A stretch of DNA of 64,000 bases from Candidatus Pacearchaeota archaeon (GCA_026395815.1 JAPLXZ010000012.1:487-64486), one strand, 5' to 3'. Shown: positions 19,175-28,674, counted from the stretch's first letter. Notes: generated from the sequence alone by a model not told the origin. Made by a program: numbers and translations.

Positions 19175-19442
19175 AAAAATTTTGCAGAATAAGAGCAAAA
19201 AAGCAGCAGTTGGAGCAACTATGAGCTGGATAATTGCAACTCTTGTAATTATCGGAATCCTGCTTATTTTTATTTATGTTTCAATTCTTCTCTCAAAGAC
19301 AAAAGCAATTAATATTGGAAATTTAAAGACTGATTCCAAGGAATATAACACATTAGAATTAAAGACTTTGTTCGCTCATCAACTTGCTAATAATAAAAAT
19401 AAAGGATTGATTGATGATGCTATAAAAGAGCAGAATAAATGA
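19161..19442 (+). CDS. small N-terminally anchored protein
   Basis: Basic N-terminus followed by WIIATLVIIGILLIFIYVSILL. It overlaps the previous gene by 14 nt. Confidence 0.45.
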   Translation: MSRCKKILQNKSKKAAVGATMSWIIATLVIIGILLIFIYVSILLSKTKAINIGNLKTDSKEYNTLELKTLFAHQLANNKNKGLIDDAIKEQNK

Positions 19443-19446
19443 TAAA

Positions 19447-19737
19447 ATGAAAATAAAAATCAACAAAAAAGGAGATATTCCAATAACAATCTTAGTGATT
19501 GGAATTATACTAATATGTTGTATAGCAATTTTTAGTTTTTCTTATTCTGTAATCAAAATGAGAAATTCTTTTGTTGGGCTTGGAGTAATGAAAGAAATGA
19601 ATTCAAAAATTGAGAAAAATGTCTTTGATGGAATAGAACCAGCAGGAATTTTTTTGGAGAAAAAAATAACAAAAGGAATTTTATGGTGGAGAAGGGAAAT
19701 AACTTTATTTTCAGTAGAATATAAGTTCAGGCCATAA
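19447..19737 (+). CDS. class III signal peptide (pilin-like) protein
   Basis: N-terminus MKIKINKKG/DIPITILVIGIILICCIAIF. Confidence 0.55.
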   Translation: MKIKINKKGDIPITILVIGIILICCIAIFSFSYSVIKMRNSFVGLGVMKEMNSKIEKNVFDGIEPAGIFLEKKITKGILWWRREITLFSVEYKFRP

Positions 19738-19776
19738 ACAACAAGATTTTTAAATTAAATAATCCTATTTTTTGAT

Positions 19777-20148
19777 ATGATGAATAAAAGAGGGCAGGGA
19801 TTAGAGACAGGTACAATTATTTTGATAATCTTAGGAATTCTTGTTTTAGTTGTTTTAATTTTAGGGTTTACGATAGGATGGACTACAATTCTTCCTTGGC
19901 TTTCTCCAAATAATGTTAATACAATAGTAACTCAATGTGAAGCATCATGCTCTACAGGAGACATGTATGGATATTGCGCAATGGAAAGAACATTGAAATC
20001 TCCTGATTTGCCAGGAGGAAAGAAAGAGTTTAAGGCTAATTGTAGTTATTTCTCAGACTCCGCAAATTCAGGTTATGTAAAATATGGCGTGAAAATATGT
20101 CCGAATTTGTGTCCTGCTCCTACTCCTCCTGAAGAACCCATCCCTTAA
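19777..20148 (+). CDS. class III signal peptide (pilin-like) protein with Gln at +1, Cys-rich
   Basis: N-terminus MMNKRG/QGLETGTIILIILGILVLVVLILGF. This resembles the DUF361/EppA-substrate-type pattern. It has 6 Cys. Confidence 0.65.
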   Translation: MMNKRGQGLETGTIILIILGILVLVVLILGFTIGWTTILPWLSPNNVNTIVTQCEASCSTGDMYGYCAMERTLKSPDLPGGKKEFKANCSYFSDSANSGYVKYGVKICPNLCPAPTPPEEPIP

Positions 20149-20323
20149 ATAATTCTTATTTTTATGAAAATGGCATGTGACTATGATTATCCTCAGAGAA
20201 GAAACAAAAGAAAAAATAAGCGAAAAGAAAAAAAGAAACATCCGTATAAAAAAGGCGGAATTCAAAGAACTTCAAAATTTTTAGGAACAAAATAATTTTT
20301 AAATTAACTTTCTATGTATCTTT

Positions 20324-21169
20324 ATGCAAGAGGTAATTTTTTTATGGGCATTGGCTTTAGTGTGGATTGTATTTGCAGTCTTTCAAGATTTGAAAACAAG
20401 GGAAATCGCAAATTGGCTTAATTTCTCTTTGGTGATATTTGCTTTGGCATTCAGATTTTTTTATTCTCTTTTTTACAATGATGGATTTTCTTTTTTTTAT
20501 AATGGCTTAATTGGCTTGGCAGTTTTTTTTATGATAGGAAATCTACTTTACTATGGAAAAATGTTTGCTGGAGGAGACGCTAAATTAATGATAGCTCTTG
20601 GGGCAATATTGCCAGTTTCTTTAGATATTCTTTCCAATCTAAAAAACTTCCTTATTTTCTTTTTAATTTTTCTTCTTGTTGGTTCTTTTTACACTCTTGC
20701 AACGAGTTCATTTTTCTGTCTAAAAAATTTTGATTCTTTTAAAAAAGAATTTTCAAAGAAATTAAAAGAAAAAAAGAGATTGATTTGTGTTGTTATATTT
20801 ATTGGATTAGTCTTAATTTGTTTAGGATTTATTCATTTCCTCTTTCTTTTTTTGGGAATTTCCACTTTTATTATGGTTTATCTGTATTTATATGCAAAAG
20901 CAGTTGATGAAGCGTGTATGATAAAATCAACTAACACAAAAAAATTGACAGAAGGAGATTGGTTGTATAAAGATTTGATTATTGGAACAAAAACGATTAG
21001 GGCAAATTGGGATGGTTTAACTAAACAAAATATAAGAGATATAAAAAAGAAATTTAAAACAGTAAGAGTAAGACAAGGAATTCCTTTCACACCAGTTTTT
21101 TTACTAAGCTTTATTGTTTTTGTTGTTGTTAATATACTCAAAATAGATTTATGGAATTCTTTTTGGTAA
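20324..21169 (+). CDS. A24-family prepilin/preflagellin peptidase (FlaK/PibD/EppA-like)
   Basis: It has the two catalytic Asp motifs in TM context (FQDLKTREIANW and FAGGDAKLM). The protein is polytopic. Confidence 0.8.
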   Translation: MQEVIFLWALALVWIVFAVFQDLKTREIANWLNFSLVIFALAFRFFYSLFYNDGFSFFYNGLIGLAVFFMIGNLLYYGKMFAGGDAKLMIALGAILPVSLDILSNLKNFLIFFLIFLLVGSFYTLATSSFFCLKNFDSFKKEFSKKLKEKKRLICVVIFIGLVLICLGFIHFLFLFLGISTFIMVYLYLYAKAVDEACMIKSTNTKKLTEGDWLYKDLIIGTKTIRANWDGLTKQNIRDIKKKFKTVRVRQGIPFTPVFLLSFIVFVVVNILKIDLWNSFW

Positions 21170-21601
21170 CCATAACTTTTCTTTTATTTGCTGTATCTTA
21201 GGCTTTTTTATTTTTTTTATTGATTTTGTTTCTAATTCTGCTCTTAATCTTTCAAGTTCTTCCATTGTTGTAGGATTTCTTTTTGAATTAATATTCTCAT
21301 CTTGGTATACAGGAATAAGATTTATTACACTATGCCCAAATAAATTAGAATTTGAAATCTGAATATCTTTTGGTTTTAATTTTGTTTTTATCCTTTTAGC
21401 TATTTTTTTTGCGAGAGATAATGATTTTTTTTGAACTTTTTCTGAATGTTCTTTTGAGATTATCAATGCATGCCCGTTAGATATAGGATTTATTTCAAAA
21501 ACAGCAATGGCTTTATCATTTTCATCTATCTTACAAGAGTTTATATTTCCAGAAATAATCGAACAAAATACACATTGATTTTTTGATTCATTATTTATCA
21601 T
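21149..21601 (-). CDS. HIT-family protein with degenerate histidine triad
   Basis: N-terminal CVFCSII...AIAVFEINPISNGHALIISKEH is HIT-like. At the HxHxHxx position the sequence reads GHSVINLIP. Confidence 0.55.
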   Translation of the reverse strand: MINNESKNQCVFCSIISGNINSCKIDENDKAIAVFEINPISNGHALIISKEHSEKVQKKSLSLAKKIAKRIKTKLKPKDIQISNSNLFGHSVINLIPVYQDENINSKRNPTTMEELERLRAELETKSIKKIKKPKIQQIKEKLWLPKRIP

Positions 21602-21748
21602 CTTATTCTTTTCTAAGAAATCTTCAAGTTGTTACTCTATTTTTTCTGCAGGAAATGTTGATTCTATGTGGTTGATTATTTCGCTCTTTAATTGATCTGT
21701 TTCTTCTTCTGATAACATGCAGGAAAAAGATAAGACATATTTTTATAT

Positions 21749-22021
21749 TTAACCAAATGCCCTTCGCATATCAATTACCTGAATTGAGCTGACATCTTCT
21801 ATATTTTTAAGTTCTGTTTCAAGGGTTTCAAGTTCAAGCTCTTCTGGCCAAGCAAAAAAAGCAATTATTGCTTTTAATCCAAAGGCAATTGGTTCTTCTT
21901 CGAATTTGCAATTTTTTCCGCCTTTTTTTTCAACAAGAGATTTCACTATTTCCTTAATATTTTCTAGTTCTGTCTCTGGAGATGTTGGCATTATTCTTAT
22001 TTTAACTGCTGTGATTCCCAT
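21749..22021 (-). CDS. ef1b: translation elongation factor aEF-1 beta
   Basis: 90 aa. MG..AVKIRIMPTSPE...IAFGLKAIIAFFAWPEE matches the archaeal EF-1beta pattern. Confidence 0.75.
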   Translation of the reverse strand: MGITAVKIRIMPTSPETELENIKEIVKSLVEKKGGKNCKFEEEPIAFGLKAIIAFFAWPEELELETLETELKNIEDVSSIQVIDMRRAFG

Positions 22022-22133
22022 ATTTTAATGGGATATAGTTTGTTTATAATGTTTTCTGTCTCAAAAATTCTTGGAAAAAATATAGAAAATTTTTGACAAA
22101 AATACTTAAAAACATAAAAATTCTTTTGGATAA

Positions 22134-23081
22134 ATGCCTATGGAAAATTATGATAGGATTCTTGAAAAAATAGCAAGAATCTCTAAAATTGAAAAAGAGG
22201 AACTTGAAAGAAGAGTCGAGGCAAAAAGGGCGAAGCTTTCTGGGTTGATAAGCAAAGAAGGAGCAGCACAGGTAATTGCCGCAGAACTCGGAATTTCTTT
22301 TGACAACGAAAAATTAAAAATAGAAGAACTATTGCCTGGAATGAGGAAAGTTAATACTGTTGGAAAAATAATCAATGTCTCTCCTATAAGGACATTCAAA
22401 ACAAAAAAAGGCGATGATGGAAAAGTAGTAAATTTATTTATTGCAGATGAAACTTCTAATATAAAAGTTGTTTTATGGGATACAAATCACATAGGACTGA
22501 TTGAAAAAAGCCAAATTATTGAAGGGACAGTTGTTGAAATCTTTAATGCAACTATGAGAGAAAATGAATTGCATTTAGGAAGTTTTTCAGAAATAAAAAT
22601 AACTAATCAAATTTTAGACAGCGTTAAATCAGATAAGAGTTTTGCAGAAAAGAAAATTTCATTCCTTAAGATTTCTGATAACGTAAGAATAAGAGCTTTT
22701 ATTGTCCAATCTTTTGAACCGAGATTTTTTTATGTTTGTCCAAATTGCAAGAAAAAAGCCAATCAAGAAGTAGATGGGCTTTTCAGTTGTTTGGAACATG
22801 GAAAAGTTGCTGCAGAAAAAAGAGCTTTGCTGAATATTATACTTGATGATGGAACAGAAACAATAAGAACAGTTGCTTTTCAGGACAATCTTGCAGACAT
22901 TGGATTGACTAATTTGGAAAATTTAGAAGAACTAATCTCCCAAAGAGAAAAGCTTCTAGGAAAAGAGATGTTGTTTTATGGAACAGTCAGGAATAACAAG
23001 GTTTTCAATACTCCTGAATTTATTGTAGAAAAAGTGGAAGAAATAAATCATGATTTGTTAATTAAAGAATTTGAAATGTAG
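22134..23081 (+). CDS. replication protein A-like ssDNA-binding protein (OB folds plus zinc finger)
   Basis: OB-fold signature NIKVVLWD and a CPNCKKK...C..H zinc motif. The size and layout match archaeal RPA. Confidence 0.65.
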   Translation: MPMENYDRILEKIARISKIEKEELERRVEAKRAKLSGLISKEGAAQVIAAELGISFDNEKLKIEELLPGMRKVNTVGKIINVSPIRTFKTKKGDDGKVVNLFIADETSNIKVVLWDTNHIGLIEKSQIIEGTVVEIFNATMRENELHLGSFSEIKITNQILDSVKSDKSFAEKKISFLKISDNVRIRAFIVQSFEPRFFYVCPNCKKKANQEVDGLFSCLEHGKVAAEKRALLNIILDDGTETIRTVAFQDNLADIGLTNLENLEELISQREKLLGKEMLFYGTVRNNKVFNTPEFIVEKVEEINHDLLIKEFEM

Positions 23082-23157
23082 TTTAATCTATTCTTTAAAT
23101 TCTACAACGATTTTCCTACAAAAATATGTTGGAAGAATTTGAAATGTAATTTATTGC

Positions 23158-23427
23158 TTATTTAGAGTTTTTAGTATCCCTATAATCTAACTTTTCTTTG
23201 AAGAGTATTTTTCTTAATTTTGAGGTTTCAGGATTTTCTTTTTCATTCCAATAAGGTATAACTATCTTCTCTCCTTCAGATCTTCTTATATCTGCTAAAA
23301 CAGTTTCATCGTCTCCTTTTTTGAGTATTAAACCAAGAAAAACAGGGCCTTTTTCAGAATAATAATCTCCATCAATTACATGATATCCTAAAGAGGTCAA
23401 GCTTTTTCTTATTTCTTTAATGTTCAT
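23158..23427 (-). CDS. hypothetical protein
   Basis: 89-aa ORF with no recognisable motif. Confidence 0.4.
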   Translation of the reverse strand: MNIKEIRKSLTSLGYHVIDGDYYSEKGPVFLGLILKKGDDETVLADIRRSEGEKIVIPYWNEKENPETSKLRKILFKEKLDYRDTKNSK

Positions 23428-23516
23428 GTCAATATTAAATTAAACGTTCTTATAAATAACATTATAATCTAAAATATATTATAAAATTTATAAACAAATT
23501 CTCCCTGTAATCTATT

Positions 23517-23972
23517 ATGTTTTTCAAAACTCATCTTGTAATTGCTTTCTTTTTTGTTTTGATTTTCTTTCAGCATATAGAGAATCCAATTATCTTTTTG
23601 CCTGTTGTCTTTTTTGCAACAATCATTCCAGATATAGATAATAGATTTTCAAAAATAGGACATCACAAAATCTTTAGGATTTTCAATTTTTTTATTAGGC
23701 ACAGAGGAGTAATTCATAGCTTTACTTTTCTTGCAATTATCTCTATTTTCATTTTTTTGTTCTTTAAGGAAATTTTAATTCCGTTTACAGCAGCTTATTC
23801 TTTGCATTTAATCTTAGATGGCTTTACTAAAAAGGGCATTAAACCGCTTTATCCATTAAAAAAAGAGATGAAATGGAAAATAAAAACAGGAGGAATTATT
23901 GAAACTGTCCTATTTATTATATTCTTCTTAGTAGATTTGCTATTAATTGCAAAAAAATTCAATGTACTCTAG
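23517..23972 (+). CDS. membrane-bound metal-dependent hydrolase (YdjM/DUF457-like)
   Basis: THLVIAFFF...IIPDIDN...HRGVIHS pattern with 4 TM helices. Confidence 0.55.
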   Translation: MFFKTHLVIAFFFVLIFFQHIENPIIFLPVVFFATIIPDIDNRFSKIGHHKIFRIFNFFIRHRGVIHSFTFLAIISIFIFLFFKEILIPFTAAYSLHLILDGFTKKGIKPLYPLKKEMKWKIKTGGIIETVLFIIFFLVDLLLIAKKFNVL

Positions 23973-24036
23973 AATATATCTGATATATATCTAATAGGCA
24001 AATAATCTTTATAAATCAGGACGAGTTCAGTTTTTT

Positions 24037-25053
24037 ATGGCTGTAAAGAAGACAGAAGATGAAGAAGATGATGAAGATGAAGAAGAAACCAAGCCCCTTC
24101 CTGATGGAAAAGAACCGCAATTGACAGACCTTCCAGGAATAGGACCTGCTGTAGCAGCGAAATTAGAATCTGCTGGAATTTATGATTTAATGTCTCTTGC
24201 TGTAATGGGCCCTACAGAATTAGGAGATATTGCTGGGGTTGGAGCAGCTGTTGCAAGGAAAGCAATTCAAGCAGCAAGAAAGATGCTTGACTTAGGGTTT
24301 ATTGATGGTGTAGAATTTGCTGAAAGAAGAGCGAATATACTTAATATTACTACAGGGAGTAAAAATTTTGATGCACTCTTGGGAGGAAAGGGGGTTCAAA
24401 GCAGAGCTATAACAGAAGCATTTGGAGCTTATGGTAGTGGAAAAACGCAACTTGGATTAACACTTGCAGTTAATGTCCAATTGCCTATTGAGCAAGGGGG
24501 AGCTAATGGAAAAGGTGTTTTTATTGATACAGAAGGAACTTTTAGGCCATCAAGAATAAAACAGATTGCAGAAGGACTAGGAGCAAATCCAGAAAAAGTT
24601 TTGAAAAATATTTTTGTTGCAAGAGCATTTAATTCTGACCATCAGATATTACTCCTTGAAAGAATTTCAGAAATGATAAAAAATGGCGAGCCAATAAAAC
24701 TTTTGATTATTGATTCTTTGACAGCACATTTCAGAGCAGAATTCGCAGGAAGAGGACAGTTAGCGGACAGGCAGCAAAAACTGAATAGGTATATGCATAA
24801 CCTAATGAAATTAGCAGAGCAGCATAATTTAGCTGTTTATGTTACAAATCAGGTAATGGCAAATCCAGCACAAATGTTTGGTGATCCTACTACTGCAATC
24901 GGAGGACATATCGTCGGACATGCATCAACTTACAGAATCTATCTAAGAAGAGGAAAGAAAGATTCTCGTGTTGCAAAATTAATTGACAGTCCTGATTTGC
25001 CTGAAAATGAAACTGTTTTCTTTTTAAGCGACAAAGGAGTTATCGACGAGTAA
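24037..25053 (+). CDS. radA: DNA repair and recombination protein RadA
   Basis: N-terminal HhH motif (LPGIGPAVAAKLESAGI), Walker A GAYGSGKTQ, and Walker B LLIIDSL. An acidic N-terminal tail of about 28 aa precedes these. Confidence 0.9.
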   Translation: MAVKKTEDEEDDEDEEETKPLPDGKEPQLTDLPGIGPAVAAKLESAGIYDLMSLAVMGPTELGDIAGVGAAVARKAIQAARKMLDLGFIDGVEFAERRANILNITTGSKNFDALLGGKGVQSRAITEAFGAYGSGKTQLGLTLAVNVQLPIEQGGANGKGVFIDTEGTFRPSRIKQIAEGLGANPEKVLKNIFVARAFNSDHQILLLERISEMIKNGEPIKLLIIDSLTAHFRAEFAGRGQLADRQQKLNRYMHNLMKLAEQHNLAVYVTNQVMANPAQMFGDPTTAIGGHIVGHASTYRIYLRRGKKDSRVAKLIDSPDLPENETVFFLSDKGVIDE

Positions 25054-25220
25054 CCCATAAATTTTTAATTTATTTATTATTTACCTGTTCTATCATTCCA
25101 AAAATAAAATATTCTAAGAATTCTGAACATTTCCAAAATTTTTTTAATTGTCCTCCAAGAAAAAAGATTTATAAACCCTTTTTTCCTAAATAAACTATCA
25201 AAGTTAGTGTTAAAAAAAAG

Positions 25221-27356
25221 ATGGTTGATAAGAAGAGGTTTGATAGAAGTACAGAAAAATTCTTAAAAGTTATTCCTAAAAATGAAATCTTAATGATTGT
25301 AATTGTATTGGCTCTTGTTGCTATTGTTCTTGCAGCAGCACCATGGGCTGGTAAACCTGTTTTAAACGGTCCGGCTAATGCTAGTTCATGGTCAACATTA
25401 ATAACTCTTAGTTGTAATAGCACAGAGGTTGAATTTCCATTGAATGCAACATGGTATTATAATGCAAGTGGAGGAGAGATTGCCCTTAATGGAACAACAT
25501 ACAGATTGGGAGAAAATAATACTAATCCTGTTTCCTCAGATCCTTTCACCCTTGTTGTAGATGCTTCTTCGTTTCCTGATTCAAATAGTTATAATGTTAC
25601 TTGTGTAGTATGCAATTCTACTTGTAATAGTACAAATGTTCTACGTGGTTGGAGGGCTAACTATTCGTCACAATCTACCATTAATGTTACAATTGATAGT
25701 AAACCTCCAAGGGTTACTGGATTGTCAATCCTGAATCTTACAGATGGAAATTTTGGAAATTACAGTAACAATCTAAGAATAAATGTAAGTGTTAATGATA
25801 GCACTATTAGTGCTCCAGGAATAGTACAGGGTCGAGCTGAGAGGATGAATGTATCATCAGTTTATTTTAACTTTAGTTATATTAGTGGTTTGAATGTTAC
25901 TGGAATGTCAAATCTTCTTGCAACCAGAGAGAAAAGGGGTAATTCGTGGATATTTGCAATTAACCTTAGTGATCCTACTGTATGGAATGCATCAGACGGA
26001 TTTTATTATGTTTATGTAACTACAAACGATACTGTAGCTAGTACTGAAAATCCAACAGGTAATTACAATAGAACCACAAAAATTACAATTCTCGTTGATA
26101 AAAGTACAGCCCCTCGTGTTGTTGATTTCGTAGGGACTATTAATGATTCAGTTAAAACAGGAGTGATTACATTAAATGTAACTGTATGGGGTGGAAATGT
26201 TAGTGATGTATATTTTAATATAACAAATAGAAGTGGTGGCGGTGGCGCAGGTGCACATCCAACTGGCAGACAAGTTAGTTTCAATAGAAGTTCTATTGCC
26301 GGATTGAAAGTAGGAGTAAAAACCAGTAAAGTTAGCAATTATTATAATTATACTTTTAATAGTGCAGGATTCCCTGATGGAAAATATAATATTACAGTAT
26401 TTGCAAACAGGACAAATTATACCCAGTTTGCTGGTGAAGCAGATCCTACTAATTTCAGTGAAAGTGTGTTAAATAATTCAGAACATATACAAATAACAAT
26501 AGATAATACTGCACCTTCAGCAACATATACATGTAGCCCAAGTTCAACTACTTTAGGACAAGTTGTCAAATGTACTTGTGTAGGAAGCGATGGAACTTAT
26601 GGTTCTGGAGTTAAGTCAACAACTACAACTACAGGTACTATAACTGCTACAGCAACAGGAACATTTAGTCCTACTTGCACTGTTACAGATAATGTTGAAC
26701 TTTCAACTACTGCAACTGGCACATACACAATTACTAGTGTGGGAAGTGGAAGTACTGGTGGAGGAGGCGGAGGTTCAGGAACTACAACAAGCAAGGCTAC
26801 AATTACTCCTGAAAACCCTGCAACCATGACTGGATTTGCAGAAGGTACAGGAATAAAGGCAATTGAAATTGCTGTTTTACAAAGCGTGGAAAATGCTGCA
26901 GTAGTAGTAACAAAATATGATACTAAACCAACAGCAGTTCCTGTTGAGAAAACAGGCAAAGTATACAAATATGTGCAAATATCTGCTCCAGATTTAGGAA
27001 CTAAATTAAAGACAGCTACTATAACTTCATTTGTTGAAAAAACTTGGGTAACTCAACAAGGATTGCAGAAGGAAGATGTTGCACTATTCAAATTTGATGA
27101 AGCTACAAACAAATGGTACGAATTGCCTACAACTTATTCAAAAGAAGATACTAATAATTATTATTACACTGCTACAGTTTCAAGCTTCAGTTACTTTGTA
27201 ATTGCAGCTAAGACAGTAGAAGCACCTCCTGTAGAAGAGCCTCCAACAGAAGGAGTAGCAGGTATACCTCTTTGGATTTGGATTGTTGCAGGAATAGTTA
27301 TAGTAGGAGCAATAGTTGTTGGTGGTGGACTTGCTGCTAAGAAGAGAAGAAAGTAA
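25221..27356 (+). CDS. cell-surface glycoprotein candidate (PGF-pre-PGF-like domain, C-terminal TM anchor)
   Basis: It has an N-terminal anchor or signal and dozens of N-x-S/T sequons. Ig-like modules are visible (ITIDNTAPSATYTC). Near the C-terminus it reads KYVQISAPDLG...VALFKFDEATNKWYELPT...YYYTATVSSFSYFVIAA, followed by a TM helix plus KKRRK. Confidence 0.6.
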   Translation: MVDKKRFDRSTEKFLKVIPKNEILMIVIVLALVAIVLAAAPWAGKPVLNGPANASSWSTLITLSCNSTEVEFPLNATWYYNASGGEIALNGTTYRLGENNTNPVSSDPFTLVVDASSFPDSNSYNVTCVVCNSTCNSTNVLRGWRANYSSQSTINVTIDSKPPRVTGLSILNLTDGNFGNYSNNLRINVSVNDSTISAPGIVQGRAERMNVSSVYFNFSYISGLNVTGMSNLLATREKRGNSWIFAINLSDPTVWNASDGFYYVYVTTNDTVASTENPTGNYNRTTKITILVDKSTAPRVVDFVGTINDSVKTGVITLNVTVWGGNVSDVYFNITNRSGGGGAGAHPTGRQVSFNRSSIAGLKVGVKTSKVSNYYNYTFNSAGFPDGKYNITVFANRTNYTQFAGEADPTNFSESVLNNSEHIQITIDNTAPSATYTCSPSSTTLGQVVKCTCVGSDGTYGSGVKSTTTTTGTITATATGTFSPTCTVTDNVELSTTATGTYTITSVGSGSTGGGGGGSGTTTSKATITPENPATMTGFAEGTGIKAIEIAVLQSVENAAVVVTKYDTKPTAVPVEKTGKVYKYVQISAPDLGTKLKTATITSFVEKTWVTQQGLQKEDVALFKFDEATNKWYELPTTYSKEDTNNYYYTATVSSFSYFVIAAKTVEAPPVEEPPTEGVAGIPLWIWIVAGIVIVGAIVVGGGLAAKKRRK

Positions 27357-27391
27357 AAAGATTTTTAATGTTTCTTTTTTTGTAGTTCTTT

Positions 27392-28663
27392 ATGGATAAT
27401 AATATAATTAATTTTGATGATGTTATTTTCGCAGATTTACATATCCATTCTAGATTCTCAAGAGCATGCAGCAGCAATTTAACATTTGAAAATCTTGTGA
27501 AATGGGCTAAGATTAAAGGCCTGAATCTACTTGGAACAGGAGATTTTACTCATCCTATTTGGTTGAATGAAATAAAGGCAAAGCTAATTGAAAAGGATGG
27601 TTTTTATTATTATAATGATTTTCCATTTATAATCTCTGGAGAAATATCCTTGATGTATTCTCAAGAAGGTCCTGTCGGTACAAATTTTACAAGTGAAATT
27701 CGTAGAGGAAGGAGAATACATCTTTTAATGCTCGTTCCTAATATCGAAATTGCAGATAAGATTAATGCTTATTTAGATACCAAGGGGAGAAGAGATTATG
27801 ACGGCAGACCTATATTCAAAATTTCTGGGGAAGAATTTGTTAGAGAGATGATGAAAATCTCAAAAGATATTGAGATTATACCTGCTCATTGCTGGACACC
27901 TTGGTTTGGCATATTTGGAAGTGCTTCTGGTTTTGATAGCTTAAAGGAATGTTTTAAGGAACAAATTGAGAATGTTCATGCAATTGAAACAGGGATGTCC
28001 TCGGACCCTGAAATGAATTGGAGAATAAAAGAATTGGAAAACAAGTCAATTGTAAGTTTTTCAGACGCGCATAGCTTTTGGCCGTTCAGATTAGGAAGAG
28101 AAGCAACCATCTTCAAAAAAACTGATTTTTATAAAGAAATTATTGAACAAATAAGAAACAATACATTTGTAGCGACCATAGAAACAGATCCTGCTTATGG
28201 AAAATATCATTGGGATGGGCATAGAGCCTGCAAATTCTCCTGCGAGCCAAATAAAACTAAGGAATTAAAAGAAATATGCCCTGTATGTAAAAAACAACTG
28301 ACTATTGGAGTAGAGAATAGAATAGAAAGACTTGCTTATTATCCAAAAGGATTTAGAGCAAAAAATGAAAAGCCATTCTATAGATTACTTCCTCTTCAAG
28401 AAGTAATTGCGTTGGCAGTAGGAAGTGGTTTAGAAAGCAAATCTGTTTGGCAAGTCTATAACCTTCTTATTGAAAACTTTGAGAATGAATTTAATATTCT
28501 TCTTAATGTATCAAGAGAAGAATTCTTGAAAAAAAATGTTGATATTAAACTTGCTGATTTAATCATAAAAAACAGGGAAGAAAAAATAAAAATAAAACCG
28601 GGCTATGACGGAGAATATGGAAAGGCAGTAATAGGGATAGGAGAAAGGCAAGCTATCTTATAA
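27392..28663 (+). CDS. endonuclease Q (PHP-domain, zinc-finger)
   Basis: ADLHIHSRFSRA...LGTGDFTHPIW, PAHCWTPW, FSDAHSFWPFRLGRE, CPVCKKQLTIGVENRIERLA and KPGYDGEYGK match my recollection of Pyrococcus EndoQ block by block. Confidence 0.75.
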   Translation: MDNNIINFDDVIFADLHIHSRFSRACSSNLTFENLVKWAKIKGLNLLGTGDFTHPIWLNEIKAKLIEKDGFYYYNDFPFIISGEISLMYSQEGPVGTNFTSEIRRGRRIHLLMLVPNIEIADKINAYLDTKGRRDYDGRPIFKISGEEFVREMMKISKDIEIIPAHCWTPWFGIFGSASGFDSLKECFKEQIENVHAIETGMSSDPEMNWRIKELENKSIVSFSDAHSFWPFRLGREATIFKKTDFYKEIIEQIRNNTFVATIETDPAYGKYHWDGHRACKFSCEPNKTKELKEICPVCKKQLTIGVENRIERLAYYPKGFRAKNEKPFYRLLPLQEVIALAVGSGLESKSVWQVYNLLIENFENEFNILLNVSREEFLKKNVDIKLADLIIKNREEKIKIKPGYDGEYGKAVIGIGERQAIL

Positions 28664-28674
28664 TTTTACTTTAT

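Noticed and set aside
20164-20295. A 43-aa highly basic ORF (MKMACDYDYPQRRNKRKNKRKEKKKHPYKKGGIQRTSKFLGTK) lies between the last pilin-like gene and the prepilin peptidase.
   Set aside because: Lys/Arg runs arise easily from A-rich intergenic DNA. It has no motif or visible ribosome-binding signal. I left it uncalled; it is worth a look only if it is conserved in relatives.
21632-21718. A 28-codon ORF (MLSEEETDQLKSEIINHIESTFPAEKIE*) lies exactly in frame with the downstream HIT gene, separated by a single TAA. I considered stop-codon readthrough, recoding or a pseudogenised N-terminus.
   Set aside because: TAA is the ordinary stop of most confident genes in this window, so reassignment is unlikely. 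Sharing a frame has a 1-in-3 chance. The HIT domain is complete from its own ATG.
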